64,000 nt of DNA from an uncultured Lentisphaerota bacterium (lineage in GTDB: Bacteria; Verrucomicrobiota; Lentisphaeria; Oligosphaerales; CAITYL01): NCBI GenBank assembly GCA_903921725.1, contig CAIXRA010000076.1:29040-93039 (forward strand). Reading direction: 5' to 3'. Both the position numbers and the translations under genes were made by a program. The notes beneath the pieces were generated by a model. It did not search any database and was not told where the DNA came from. It saw only the letters and a list, made by a program, of their open reading frames with translations. Shown in pieces: positions 46,699 through 56,987 of the stretch (positions within the stretch are counted from its first letter, which is position 1; every line of letters starts with the position of its first letter).

Positions 46699-49035
46699 AT
46701 GGCTTTCCGCTTCCCCGTCCCCGGACTTTCGACAGCCTCCGCGTCCGCCTTGGCGTCCATTTTGCTGCTGGCGTCCGCCCTTTCCCCCATGGCCGGCGCG
46801 AAGGCGCCGCCGCCCGCCGCCGCGCCGGCAACGCCCACCATGCGCACGCCGCTCCCGGGCTGGCCCTCTGGGAGCCTCAAACCCGTCCCCATCAAGGACG
46901 CCACGGCCTACCGCCTCTGCACGGAACTGCTGGCGGCCCTGCAGAAGGAGACGGCGGTCACGGAGGACTCCCTGGCCTTCCTGCCTGCCGATGTGGAAAA
47001 CCGTCTTGTGGTGCTTACCTGGAGCACCGGTGTCCTGCCACCGCGGCGGCCCGTGCCGGGAAACAGCGGCGGCGCGACGCTGGCCGAACAGGCGGCCGCC
47101 GGATCACGCGGTGCCGACGCGAAGCGGCAGGCGGAAAAAAAGCTGGGCTCGCTGGGAAAGGACGCGCCCAAAGGGGTCGTCGTGGAAGACATTTCGCAAA
47201 GCGCAAGGGTGTTCGACAAGAACGGACGGGAGATCGCCTCTGCTGTAGGCTCGTCCCAACCGGAGCAGCAGCAGTACCTTCTCCGCGTCCACGGCAAAAG
47301 CGCCGCCGCCACCGGCAAAGGAGTCCGCGCGGCCATCTTGGCGGCCGTACGGCAGGCGCGGAGCTGCGACGGGGAAGGGTTGCGGGAGGCCCGTTTTCTG
47401 AAGGTGGAGATTCTCCAGCACGCCGTCGAATGCGCAGGATTCCAACTGTTTGGCAAAGGCATCTGGAAGCCCGACCTGGTGGGTATTGCTTTCCCGGGGA
47501 AGACCCAGCCCTTCGTGCTCCTTCCCGACATCCTCATCTACTGCACGGACGAGAAAAACCAGTTCCAGCCAGCGGCGCTGCCGCTGCTGGAAGACCTATG
47601 GGTGACCCAGGATTCCGTGCGCCAGGTCAGCGAATGGGCGGAGCTTACACCAAGCCCGCTCTCCGGCGCGCTGCTCGTCGAAATGCAGGGCTGGTTCACC
47701 GACGGCCAGGCCACCTCCCCCATGTTCCGCGGTCACCGCATGCCCAACAGCCTCGACGCCAACCAAATCCGTCAGGCCGGCGACCGCGCCGCCGGGTTTC
47801 TTTGCCGCAACATCCGCCGCGACGGCACCTTCGCCTGCACCCTGCCCCGCTGGCGCTCCTCCGGCAGGCTCGTCGCGGCCGGCGAATCGCCGGAAGCCTG
47901 CGTGAGGGCCGTGCTCGCCCTGATCGAATGGCAGGCGGCAAACCCATCCGCGGACCGGGCGGCCGTCATCGACGGTTGCCTGGCCCGGCTTACCGGCCAG
48001 CTTTCCAGCCTTCCCTCGTCGCCGGGCGCGAAATGTCTGGCGGAGGAACCATTCGAGGCCGGGCAGTTTGGAGTTTCCGTCAAGGACCTGACGGGGGGCA
48101 GCGCCGCCGACATCTTCCATGCCGAGCTTGGCACCAACGCGCTGCTGGCCGCCGCGCTGCTCCGTCATCTGGCCGGCCAGCCCTACCCCGCCAAGCTTGA
48201 CGCCGAGCTGGAGGCCATCGGCAAATATCTCCTCCTGCAACAGAAGCTCGACGGGCGCTTCATCATCGCCCGGACACTCCCCTCCGGAGCCATCCGCACG
48301 GGAGATTCCTTCTCCGCGGAGACGCAGGCCGCCACGGCGCTCGCGCTCCTTTCCGCACGCACGGGCCGCGTCGAGTACCTGGACGCGGCGGAGAAGGCGA
48401 TGGCCGCCCTCTTCGATACCGGGGCGGTACCGGCCGGTGCAAGCACCGAATCCATCATTCCGAAGGGTCTCCAGCTCGAGACCACCGCCGCCGTCTTCAC
48501 AGCCGGCCTCAACCGACGACACCTCAAGTCCGTTGAAAAATTGGCCGCCGGCCTGTTGGCCGGCCAGACGGTGTTCCCCGCAGTCCCGCTCTCCCCCGAC
48601 CTTTCCGGAAGCGCCTGGAATTCCGCGCGCCTGGCACCGGCGGCCGCCCAGATCCGCGGCATGCTCGCGGCGGCCGACATCTGCCGTCGCGCGCACAGGG
48701 ATCTGATGGCCGAAACCCTCGTATCCGCCACGCACAGCAGCCTCCAGTTCCTGCTACAGGGGCAGGCGGACACAGCCTCGACCCTTTTTCTGCCGGAGGG
48801 GACGGAGTATGACGGCGCCTTCCGCCGCACGCTCACCGGCTGCGAGTTCACGCTGGAGGGGCAGGCGGACTGCCTGCGCGCACTGGCGGCCGCCGTGCGC
48901 ACGCTCTCCGAAACCGGGGCGCAGGCGTTCCCCATTACGGAGGAGCTGACACGGGACAATCAGGAGGCGCTCAGCCGCCTCGGCACCTTTCCCCGCTCCC
49001 TTCCGGACCCCCCGCCGCGCCCGGCATCCAAGTAG
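46699..49035 (+). CDS. Secreted hypothetical protein with probable (alpha/alpha)-toroid C-terminal domain
   Basis: Signal peptide; helical repeats AAGFLCRNIRRDGTF, ELGTNALL, GKYLLLQQKLDGRF, QFLLQGQ. Confidence 0.65.
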   Translation: MAFRFPVPGLSTASASALASILLLASALSPMAGAKAPPPAAAPATPTMRTPLPGWPSGSLKPVPIKDATAYRLCTELLAALQKETAVTEDSLAFLPADVENRLVVLTWSTGVLPPRRPVPGNSGGATLAEQAAAGSRGADAKRQAEKKLGSLGKDAPKGVVVEDISQSARVFDKNGREIASAVGSSQPEQQQYLLRVHGKSAAATGKGVRAAILAAVRQARSCDGEGLREARFLKVEILQHAVECAGFQLFGKGIWKPDLVGIAFPGKTQPFVLLPDILIYCTDEKNQFQPAALPLLEDLWVTQDSVRQVSEWAELTPSPLSGALLVEMQGWFTDGQATSPMFRGHRMPNSLDANQIRQAGDRAAGFLCRNIRRDGTFACTLPRWRSSGRLVAAGESPEACVRAVLALIEWQAANPSADRAAVIDGCLARLTGQLSSLPSSPGAKCLAEEPFEAGQFGVSVKDLTGGSAADIFHAELGTNALLAAALLRHLAGQPYPAKLDAELEAIGKYLLLQQKLDGRFIIARTLPSGAIRTGDSFSAETQAATALALLSARTGRVEYLDAAEKAMAALFDTGAVPAGASTESIIPKGLQLETTAAVFTAGLNRRHLKSVEKLAAGLLAGQTVFPAVPLSPDLSGSAWNSARLAPAAAQIRGMLAAADICRRAHRDLMAETLVSATHSSLQFLLQGQADTASTLFLPEGTEYDGAFRRTLTGCEFTLEGQADCLRALAAAVRTLSETGAQAFPITEELTRDNQEALSRLGTFPRSLPDPPPRPASK

Positions 49036-49163
49036 GAATTTCCCGCCGGGGTGCCGCCCATTCTTGCGCCGCGCTCATCATGGACGGGAAAGGTTTTGTG
49101 TCGTCACGGCGGCGGTCGCTTTATCGACATGACCCGACACAGATTCCTCACAAAGGATGCGGC

Positions 49164-50585
49164 TTACTTCGCCTCGTCGGTGGTAAATTCCGGAGTCACG
49201 GGGTAGTCGCCGTCGAAGCAGGCGCAGCAGTAATCCTTCGCCGGATGCGCCTTGACGCAGGAGAGCATGCCCTCCTGCGTGAGGTAGGAGAGGCTGTCCA
49301 GATGCAGATGCTTCGCCAGCTCCTCCACCGACTGGATTTTGTTGGCGATCAGCTTCTCGCGGTCCGGGAAGTCGATGCCGAAATAGCAGCCGAACTTGTG
49401 CGGCGGGCAGGTGACGCGCATGTGGATTTCCTTCGCGCCGGCCTCGCGCAGGGTGTGGATGCGGGCGCGGCTGGTGGAGCCGCGGACGATGCTGTCCTCG
49501 ATTAGGCAGATGCGCTTGCCGCGGATTGCCTCGTCAATCGGCTGCATCTTGCGCTGCACAAGCTTGCGGCGCGAGCTGAGACCGGGGTCGATGAAGGTAC
49601 GACCGACGTAGTGGTTGCGGCTCAGCCCCATGTCGAACGGGATGCCCGACTGCTCGGCATATCCGAGGGCGGCGTACATGCCGCTGTCGGGCACCGGCAT
49701 GATGACGTCGGCCGGCACCGGCGACTCGATGGCCAGCCGGCGGCCCATCGCCTTGCGGACCTCGTACACGCTGTCACCAAAGACGTAGCTGCCGGGGCGC
49801 GCAAAATAAACGTGCTCGAAAATGCAGTAGGCCTTGCGTGCGGACTCCGCAAACTTGCGGCTCGTCATCTCGCCGGTCGCCAGATCCCAAATGACCATCT
49901 CGCCGGGCTCGACGTCGCGGACATACTCGGCGCCGGTGACGGCCAGGGCGATCGTCTCGCTCGCCGCCATCCAGCCGCCGTCCTTGAATTTCCCGATGCA
50001 GAGCGGGCGGAACCCCTGGGGGTCGCGGACCGCTATCATGCGGTGGTGGGAGAGGATCAGCAGGCTGAAGGCGCCCTTGAGCTGGCCGACCGCCTCGACG
50101 ACCGCCTCGCGGTAGTCGCGGTTGTGCCGGCGCACGCAGCGGGCCATGAGGTGCAGCACCAGCTCGGTGTCGGTGGTGGTCTGGAAGATCGCGCCCTCCT
50201 CCATCAGCATCCGCCGCAGGGAACCGGCGTTGGAAATGGTGCCGTTGTGGGCGACGCCGACGAACTTGCCGTTGACGTTCGCCATCAGCGGCTGCGCGTT
50301 GGCGGTGGTCGAGGCGCCGGCGGTGGAATAGCGGACGTGCGAGATGGCGTCCCGTATCCCCGCCTTCCACCAGCTGGGCGGCAGCGTGCCGAACATGGTG
50401 TCCACCAGCCCGGCGGACTTGTGAAGATGGCACTCGCCGGCCAGTACCGCCATCACGCCCGCCGCCTCCTGGCCGCGGTGCTGCTGCGAGTGCAGTCCGA
50501 GGTACACCTTCTCCAGCGCATCCTCCGGCACACCCGTAACGCCGCACAGACCACAGTATTCACGGGGCTTTTCATCGAAGTTCAT
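49164..50585 (-). CDS. purF: Amidophosphoribosyltransferase
   Basis: Propeptide then CG, QHRGQE, HVRYST, HNG, CIFEHVYFARP, PVPDSG, EDSIVRG.T, CCACF. Confidence 0.97.
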   Translation of the reverse strand: MNFDEKPREYCGLCGVTGVPEDALEKVYLGLHSQQHRGQEAAGVMAVLAGECHLHKSAGLVDTMFGTLPPSWWKAGIRDAISHVRYSTAGASTTANAQPLMANVNGKFVGVAHNGTISNAGSLRRMLMEEGAIFQTTTDTELVLHLMARCVRRHNRDYREAVVEAVGQLKGAFSLLILSHHRMIAVRDPQGFRPLCIGKFKDGGWMAASETIALAVTGAEYVRDVEPGEMVIWDLATGEMTSRKFAESARKAYCIFEHVYFARPGSYVFGDSVYEVRKAMGRRLAIESPVPADVIMPVPDSGMYAALGYAEQSGIPFDMGLSRNHYVGRTFIDPGLSSRRKLVQRKMQPIDEAIRGKRICLIEDSIVRGSTSRARIHTLREAGAKEIHMRVTCPPHKFGCYFGIDFPDREKLIANKIQSVEELAKHLHLDSLSYLTQEGMLSCVKAHPAKDYCCACFDGDYPVTPEFTTDEAK

Positions 50586-50607
50586 GGGGGCTCCAAAAGG
50601 GGAATGT

Positions 50608-50650
50608 GACGGATAAGACCGATCGGACCGATCCGTCCCATCCGTCCGAT
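50608..50650. repeat. 9-bp tandem repeat filling most of the pyrG-purF spacer
   Basis: GACGGATAA GACCGATCG GACCGATCC GTCCCATCC GTCCGAT; same family as 40153-40194. Confidence 0.7.
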
Positions 50651-50653
50651 TTT

Positions 50654-52285
50654 TTAAAGCAAATACCCGGCCTTCGCGGCAGCACCGACAAAGCCGCGGA
50701 AGATCGGGTGCGCCGCCAGCGGGCGCGACTTGAATTCGGGATGGAACTGGCAGGCGACAAACCACGGGTGTTCCGGCAGTTCGACGATTTCCACCAGGCT
50801 GTCGTCCGGCGCGGTTCCCGCAAAGACCAGCCCCTTGGCCGCCAGCGCGGCGCGGTACTTGTTGTTGACCTCGTAGCGGTGGCGGTGGCGCTCCCCAATC
50901 GTCTCCGCTCCATACAGCGCCCGCGACTTACTGCCATCCGTCAGACGGCAGGGGTACGAGCCGAGGCGCATCGTGCCGCCCTTGTCCGTCACGTTCTTCT
51001 GCGTCTCCATCAGGTCGATCACCGGCGCGGACGACGTCTCGTTGAATTCGCTGCTGTTGGCATCGGCCAGCCCGCAGACGTTCCGCGCAAACTCGATCAC
51101 CGCGCACTGCATCCCCAGGCAGATGCCGAAGAACGGAATCTTGTGTTCGCGGGCGTAGCGCACCGCCGCGATCTTGCCCTCGATGCCGCGGTTGCCGAAG
51201 CCGCCGGGGACCAGCACGCCGTTGACACCGGCCAGGTGCTTCTCCGCGCCGTCCTTCTCGATCTCCTCGGACTCGACCTGGCGGATCTTCAGGTCCACGT
51301 TGTTCGCGAATGCGCCGTGGCTGAGCGCCTCGTAGATGCTCTTGTAGGCGTCCTTCAGGCTGATGTACTTGCCGACGACGGCAATCTCGACCTGCGGCTT
51401 GTCCTTGGTCAGGATGCGCTCGATGAGCCCGTTCCAGTCGCGCAGATCCAGGTCACGCACATGCAGGTTCAGCATCTCCAGGATGTACTTGTCCATGTCC
51501 TGCTTCGCCAGCTCGACCGGCACCTCGTAGATGGTGTTGGCGACGTCGCACTCCTCAAACACCAGATGCGGCTCGACGTTGCAGAACAGCGCCAGCTTGT
51601 CCCGGTGCTCCTGCCCCATCGGGCGCTCGCAGCGGCAGACCAGGATATCCGGCAGGATGCCGATGCCGCGCAGGATGCCGACCGACTGCTGCGAGGGCTT
51701 GGTCTTCATCTCGCCCGCCGCCTTGATGTACGGCACGAGCGTGAGGTGGATGAACAGCCCGTTCTCTCGACCAATCTCATGCCGGAACTGGCGGATCGCC
51801 TCCAGGAACGGCAGCGACTCGATGTCGCCGACCGTACCACCGATTTCGGTGATCGCGATGTCGATGTCCGGCGTGTGCAGCGAGCGCAGCGCCGTCTTGA
51901 TCTCGTCCGTGATGTGCGGGATCACCTGGACCGTCTTGCCCAGGTATTCGCCACGGCGCTCGCGGCTGATGACGTTCGAGTAGATGCGGCCGCTGGTGAA
52001 ATTGCTGGCCTGCGAGCAGGTGAGGTCGCCGAAGCGTTCGTAGTGCCCCAGGTCCAGGTCGGTCTCCGCGCCGTCGTCGGTGACAAACACCTCGCCGTGC
52101 TGGTACGGCGACATGGTGCCGGGGTCGACGTTGAGGTACGGGTCCAGCTTCTGCATCTGCACGCGGTACCCGCGGCGCTTCAGCAGCAGCGCCAGCGAGG
52201 CCGCCGTGATCCCCTTGCCCAGCGAGGAGACCACCCCGCCGGTGACAAACAAATGCTTCGTCCGTGTCTGCTTTTTCATGACCAT
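50654..52285 (-). CDS. pyrG: CTP synthase
   Basis: [47 protein letters not shown]. Confidence 0.98.
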   Translation of the reverse strand: MVMKKQTRTKHLFVTGGVVSSLGKGITAASLALLLKRRGYRVQMQKLDPYLNVDPGTMSPYQHGEVFVTDDGAETDLDLGHYERFGDLTCSQASNFTSGRIYSNVISRERRGEYLGKTVQVIPHITDEIKTALRSLHTPDIDIAITEIGGTVGDIESLPFLEAIRQFRHEIGRENGLFIHLTLVPYIKAAGEMKTKPSQQSVGILRGIGILPDILVCRCERPMGQEHRDKLALFCNVEPHLVFEECDVANTIYEVPVELAKQDMDKYILEMLNLHVRDLDLRDWNGLIERILTKDKPQVEIAVVGKYISLKDAYKSIYEALSHGAFANNVDLKIRQVESEEIEKDGAEKHLAGVNGVLVPGGFGNRGIEGKIAAVRYAREHKIPFFGICLGMQCAVIEFARNVCGLADANSSEFNETSSAPVIDLMETQKNVTDKGGTMRLGSYPCRLTDGSKSRALYGAETIGERHRHRYEVNNKYRAALAAKGLVFAGTAPDDSLVEIVELPEHPWFVACQFHPEFKSRPLAAHPIFRGFVGAAAKAGYLL

Positions 52286-52329
52286 TTCCGTCTTCCGGTT
52301 GCTGCGTTTTTGCGCCGGTTTGAATTTCT

Positions 52330-52875
52330 TTACCGCGGCGGTGGCCAGGGTTTCGTAACCCCGTAAGCCTTGCGTTGCTCAGAATCAGCCATGAGGGGAT
52401 CCGTCATGACCGTAATTATTCCCAGCCGCTTCATCCCAGGGAACTCAAACTGGATTTCAGCGGTGCCGTTTTCATAGAACAAAATGATTTCGTCGTTTGC
52501 CTTGTCAACATCGCGCCAGTAAGGCTCGCCAAAACGGGAGACGATCTCCTCAATGGTGGTTTGGGTGCCGATGGCAATCGTTTCGCCTTGAAACGTAAAC
52601 GTTCCGGGGAATTTCTCCACCGCCAGGTAGATGTATTCCAAATTGTTCTGTCTTGTGCCGACCTCAAACCCGCACGCCTCGTCCTGAAACATGTCCTGCG
52701 TCGCCAGTTCCTTGGCAAAGAAATCATCCCTCGATATTGGAGCGCCAAGCACCGTGTGGCCGCAACGAAACTCCGCCAGTTCAATCACCAGTCCGGCATA
52801 GGCTTCCCGTGGACAAGTAGCCATCGGCGCTTTGCGGCCAGCCCCAAACAACAACAGACTGGACAGTATGCCCAT
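52330..52875 (-). CDS. Hypothetical protein, low GC
   Basis: 181-aa acidic ORF with [16 protein letters not shown]; AT-richer than neighbours; GAGGA RBS. Confidence 0.65.
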   Translation of the reverse strand: MGILSSLLLFGAGRKAPMATCPREAYAGLVIELAEFRCGHTVLGAPISRDDFFAKELATQDMFQDEACGFEVGTRQNNLEYIYLAVEKFPGTFTFQGETIAIGTQTTIEEIVSRFGEPYWRDVDKANDEIILFYENGTAEIQFEFPGMKRLGIITVMTDPLMADSEQRKAYGVTKPWPPPR

Positions 52876-52936
52876 TGAAACATCCTCATTGCTTTGCCGG
52901 AACCATTGGGGTCAAGCCCACTTTTTTATCTTACTT

Positions 52937-53479
52937 TCATAATTTTTCTACTGGCCGCTCGATCAGCCCTTGGAGTTCCTGGGGAAGCATCGGCCACAAG
53001 CGGGGATGGCTTTCGACCAGCCGTGCGATGTCGCCCAGGTCTTTTATCCGTTTGCTCTGCCGCCGTTCCGCGTCACGCCAAGCCTCAATCTTCCCGCGCA
53101 AAGTGTCTTCCAGCGACGCCACCCGCATCAGGATACCATGGATGTCAGCCGCCACCGACCGACTGGGAAACTCACGATAGAACTCTTCCGTACTCAACTG
53201 AATGCTGACTTTCGAGCGGCCGAGGAAGTTTACCGACCAGGCAAATCGTTCGGACTTGAATCCCGCTTCTTCCAGCAATTTCACCGCGCGCTCGACCGCA
53301 TCAGTCGCCACGACCACGTCCACATCCCGCGTCACCATCGGTTCGGCGGCCCAGTGGTTCACGGCAACTCCGCCAATGGCGCACCATTCGATGTCCGCCC
53401 GCTCCAGGCAGTCCACCAGCCGCATGACATCGTCGGTTCCGCCGGCAGTCTGCCAGTCATAAAATTGCTTCGCTGTCAT
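52937..53479 (-). CDS. Stand-alone nucleotidyltransferase (Pol-beta superfamily, AbiEii/MNT-like)
   Basis: AIGGVAV...TRDVDVVV (GG and DxD), LRGKIEAW...R..KRIKDLGDI; GGAGG RBS before ATG 53479. Confidence 0.8.
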   Translation of the reverse strand: MTAKQFYDWQTAGGTDDVMRLVDCLERADIEWCAIGGVAVNHWAAEPMVTRDVDVVVATDAVERAVKLLEEAGFKSERFAWSVNFLGRSKVSIQLSTEEFYREFPSRSVAADIHGILMRVASLEDTLRGKIEAWRDAERRQSKRIKDLGDIARLVESHPRLWPMLPQELQGLIERPVEKL

Positions 53480-53560
53480 GACTGCCTCCGTTCGTTGTAC
53501 GCCGTCACCGGTTCGGGATTCGTTGGGCATGCCAGGGTTTTAGAAATGCGCGTGGTGTCG

Positions 53561-53758
53561 TTTGGAGTGCGGCAATACGTGCATCCGTTTGCCGCTTTTT
53601 CATTCGCGCGGAGCGCTGGTGTTTGTGGTGTTTGGGTCCGGGTGTTTATGTTTGGGGATTTCGGGGTGACTTGGCGTGTTCTCTGTAAGGTATTCTTGAT
53701 AGCGGCTCCGCCTTAGTTGGAAAGCGGCGAACGGATGCACGTATCGCCGCACTCCAAA
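53561..53758. repeat. REPIN-like element: two inverted 38-bp hairpin-forming arms
   Basis: 53561-53598 versus the reverse complement of 53721-53758: 36/38 identical; GGAG precedes each hairpin. Confidence 0.85.
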
Positions 53759-53775
53759 ACTTGCATGCCTTTTCA

Positions 53776-55617
53776 TCACTCCTTCTTCTCATCTACCGGA
53801 GCCGGGGCCGCGGCGGCCGCGGCATGGGGATGAACCCCGTGCTTATGCGGGAGGTTGAGTTTGATGCGGAGTTCGCGGAGCTGTTTTTCTGTGACCTCGC
53901 CCGGGGCGCCGAGGAGCAGGTCCTGGCCGTTCTGGTTCAGCGGGAAGGCGATGATTTCGCGTATGTTCGGCGCGCCGGTGAGCAGCATGATGATGCGGTC
54001 GAACCCCGGGGCGATGCCACCGTGCGGCGGGGCGCCGAAGCGGAACGCGTTCAGCAGGCCGCCGAACTTCTTCTCGACGGTTTCCTTGGTGTAGCCGCAA
54101 AGCTCGAACGCCTTGTACATGATCTCCGGGCGGTGGTTGCGGATGGCGCCGCTGGAGAGTTCGACACCGTTGCAGACCAGGTCGTACTGGTAGGCGCAGA
54201 TGAGGTCGGGGCGCGTGTTCAGCAGCGTCTCCATCCCGCCCTGCGGCATGGAGAACGGGTTGTGCGAGAAATCCCAACGCTGCTCCTCCTCGCTCCACTC
54301 GTACATCGGGAAATCCACGATCCAGCAGAAGCGGTAGACGTTCTTCTCGCGCAGGTCGAGCAGTTCCGCGATGCGGACGCGCGCCTCGCCGGCGATCTTG
54401 TTCGCCAGCTTCTCGGCGTCGGCGATGAAGAAGGTCGCGTCGCCGGGTTTGGCGTTGCCGAGCAGGCGCACGGCCTCGACCTCCTCGGCGGACATGAACT
54501 TGAGGATCGGGCTCTTGGGGCCGTCCTCCATCCACTGGATGTAGGCCATCCCCTTGCCGCCGCGTTCCTGGGCGAAGCCGATGAGGCCGTCGAAGAAGCC
54601 GCGGGACTGGCTGGCGGCGCCCGGCACGGTCACGGTGCGGATGACGCCCTTCTTCTCGAGGATGCCCTTGAAGGCGTTGAAGGCGGTGCTGGCGAAGATG
54701 CCGGAGGCGTCCTTGATTTCCAGCGGGATCCGCAGGTCGGGCTTGTCGGTGCCGTACTTGACCATGGAGTCGCGGTAGGTGATGCGCGGGTAGGCCGGAG
54801 CGGTCAGCGCCTGGCCGTTGCCGAACTCGGTGAAGAGGCCGTCCATCAGCGTCTCAATAACGGCAAAGACCTCCTCCTGGGTGACGAACGACATCTCCAG
54901 GTCGATCTGGTAGAACTCGCCGGGGGAGCGGTCGGCGCGGGCATCCTCGTCGCGGAAGCACGGCGCGATCTGGAAGTAGCGGTCGAAGCCGGAGACCATG
55001 AGGAGCTGCTTGAAGATCTGCGGCGCCTGCGGCAGCGCGTAGAACTTGCCGGCGTGCAGGCGGCTGGGGACCAGGAAGTCGCGGGCACCCTCGGGGGAGC
55101 TGCAGGTGAGGATCGGCGTCTGGTACTCAAGAAACCCCGCGTCGGTGAGGCGGCGGCGCACACTGGAGGCCACGAGGGAACGCAGGACGATATTCTTGTG
55201 CATCTGCTCGCGGCGGAGGTCGAGGAAGCGGTACTTGAGGCGCAGCGACTCGTCGCACTCGGTGGTGTCCTGCGCAATGGAAAACGGCGTGATTTCCGAC
55301 TCGGAGAGCATCTCCATCTTATCGGCGACGACCTCGATCTCGCCGGTGGCGAGTCTGGTGTTGACGGTGTCCGCCGCGCGCCCAATCACCTTGCCATGGA
55401 AGCTGACGACCGACTCGCAGCGCCATTTGGTGCTGTCCTGGTAGCAGGCGGAGCCGGGGTTGACGACGACCTGGGTGACGCCGTAGTGGTCGCGGAGATC
55501 CACGAAGAGGACGCCGCCGTGGTCGCGCACCCGGTGCACCCAGCCGGCGATCTTCACTTCCTGGCCGATGTGCGACTTGCGCAATTCACCGCACTTGTGT
55601 GTCCGATAGGTCTGCAT
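53776..55617 (-). CDS. aspS: Aspartate--tRNA ligase
   Basis: [50 protein letters not shown]. Confidence 0.97.
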   Translation of the reverse strand: MQTYRTHKCGELRKSHIGQEVKIAGWVHRVRDHGGVLFVDLRDHYGVTQVVVNPGSACYQDSTKWRCESVVSFHGKVIGRAADTVNTRLATGEIEVVADKMEMLSESEITPFSIAQDTTECDESLRLKYRFLDLRREQMHKNIVLRSLVASSVRRRLTDAGFLEYQTPILTCSSPEGARDFLVPSRLHAGKFYALPQAPQIFKQLLMVSGFDRYFQIAPCFRDEDARADRSPGEFYQIDLEMSFVTQEEVFAVIETLMDGLFTEFGNGQALTAPAYPRITYRDSMVKYGTDKPDLRIPLEIKDASGIFASTAFNAFKGILEKKGVIRTVTVPGAASQSRGFFDGLIGFAQERGGKGMAYIQWMEDGPKSPILKFMSAEEVEAVRLLGNAKPGDATFFIADAEKLANKIAGEARVRIAELLDLREKNVYRFCWIVDFPMYEWSEEEQRWDFSHNPFSMPQGGMETLLNTRPDLICAYQYDLVCNGVELSSGAIRNHRPEIMYKAFELCGYTKETVEKKFGGLLNAFRFGAPPHGGIAPGFDRIIMLLTGAPNIREIIAFPLNQNGQDLLLGAPGEVTEKQLRELRIKLNLPHKHGVHPHAAAAAAPAPVDEKKE

Positions 55618-55809
55618 CCGAGTTCCGTCTCCCCTGGCCTGTGGCGTGCATCAAAAACAAAAAACGCCCCGCCGCAGCACAAAATCCGGGTTCCGGGGGG
55701 CGGGGGTCGTCGAAGGGATGGAAATGTAACACTCTCCCCCGCCTTTGTCCATGCCACGGTGAAGATTCCGGCCCGGCGTACGGCGACCCCGAAAGCAGGC
55801 CGCGGTGCG

Positions 55810-56889
55810 TCAGGCCACAGGCGCAGCGGACGCCGCTCGGCCCTTCCGGCCGCCGGTCCAGACGTCGATGAGGCCGTAGCCGATGGCCAGCAGCGCGGGA
55901 CCGAGGAAGAGGCCGATGAAGCCGAACGCGATCACCCCGCCGAGGACGCCGAGGAAGACCAGCACGAACGGCATGTTGTTGCCCTTGCTGATCAGGTACG
56001 GCCGCAGCACGTTGTCGACGCCGCTGATTACGAGGAGCCCCCATATCAGCAGGAAGACGCCCCAGCCCGGGTGCCCGGAGTGGAAGAGCCACCAAGCGGC
56101 CGGCCCCCAGATCAGCGGCGGCCCGAACGGCAGCAGCGCCAGGAAGAAGGTCATCAACCCCAAAAAGAGCGCCGACGGCACGCCGGCCATCCAGAACCCG
56201 ATCCCCGCCAGCACCCCCTGCACCACGGCAGTGCCGATCAGGCCGTAGACCACGCCGCGCACCGTCCCGCCGACGGCGTCGAGGAAATAATCCGTCCGCT
56301 CGCCCGCCAGCCGGAACACGCATTCGCGCGTGAATCGCGCCACCGTCGAACCGCTGCGGTAGATGAAGAACATCACCAGCACGCTCAGCAACAGCTGCGC
56401 CGCTCCGGCCGCCATGGAACGGAGCGCGATCATGATCCATTTTCCGGCGCCGATGATGACGTTCTTCGAGATGGCGCCGATCTTTTCGGGGTTCTGCGCC
56501 CATTCGCGCCAGACCCGGTCCGCCTCCGGCCCCACCTTGGGCACCGTATGCAGCCACTCCGGGGGATTGGGGATTCCGCCATTGACGGCCGTCGTGGCCA
56601 TCTGCGTGATCTGGTCGCTGTTGTCCGCCAGCGTCACGGTGACGCAGACAAACGGCACGGCCAGCACGGAGGAAATCAGCAGGATCATCGTCAGCGCCGC
56701 CAGAGTATGCCGCCCGCGGAACAGGCGGTCGATCCGGACATAGAGCGGCCAAGTGGAGAAACAGACGATGCCCGCCCACATCAGTGCGGAAACAAACGGC
56801 ATCAGCACCACGAAGCAGCCGATGACCAGAAACGCCAGGACCGTAATCCTCGCCGCCAACTCGATCCATTGGTTCCTGCTGCCGCTCAT
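55810..56889 (-). CDS. AI-2E family transporter (YdiK-like)
   Basis: Multi-TM; GTAVVQG, DNVLRPYLIS, GVLGG..AFG.IGLFLGP. Confidence 0.9.
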   Translation of the reverse strand: MSGSRNQWIELAARITVLAFLVIGCFVVLMPFVSALMWAGIVCFSTWPLYVRIDRLFRGRHTLAALTMILLISSVLAVPFVCVTVTLADNSDQITQMATTAVNGGIPNPPEWLHTVPKVGPEADRVWREWAQNPEKIGAISKNVIIGAGKWIMIALRSMAAGAAQLLLSVLVMFFIYRSGSTVARFTRECVFRLAGERTDYFLDAVGGTVRGVVYGLIGTAVVQGVLAGIGFWMAGVPSALFLGLMTFFLALLPFGPPLIWGPAAWWLFHSGHPGWGVFLLIWGLLVISGVDNVLRPYLISKGNNMPFVLVFLGVLGGVIAFGFIGLFLGPALLAIGYGLIDVWTGGRKGRAASAAPVA

Positions 56890-56987
56890 GGCCACCCCCC
56901 GGAGAGCTGTTGAATTCCGGCGGAAAAACGGTAAACTTCCGGATGCCCGCGGTTTTCATTTATATAACGCCCAAACACGGAAAAACA

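Noticed and set aside
46531-46700. Prophage or island integrated at tRNA-Leu
   Set aside because: No integrase follows, and I saw no duplicate of the tRNA 3' end in the window.
52905-52930. GGGGTCAAGCCC motif as an IS end
   Set aside because: No matching second end, target duplication or transposase was seen.
7924-56913. Many long antisense or alternate-frame ORFs (e.g. 10767..13517, 19269..21695, 41541..43859, 53761..56913)
   Set aside because: They are shadows of well-supported genes, expected in high-GC DNA, and lack motifs.
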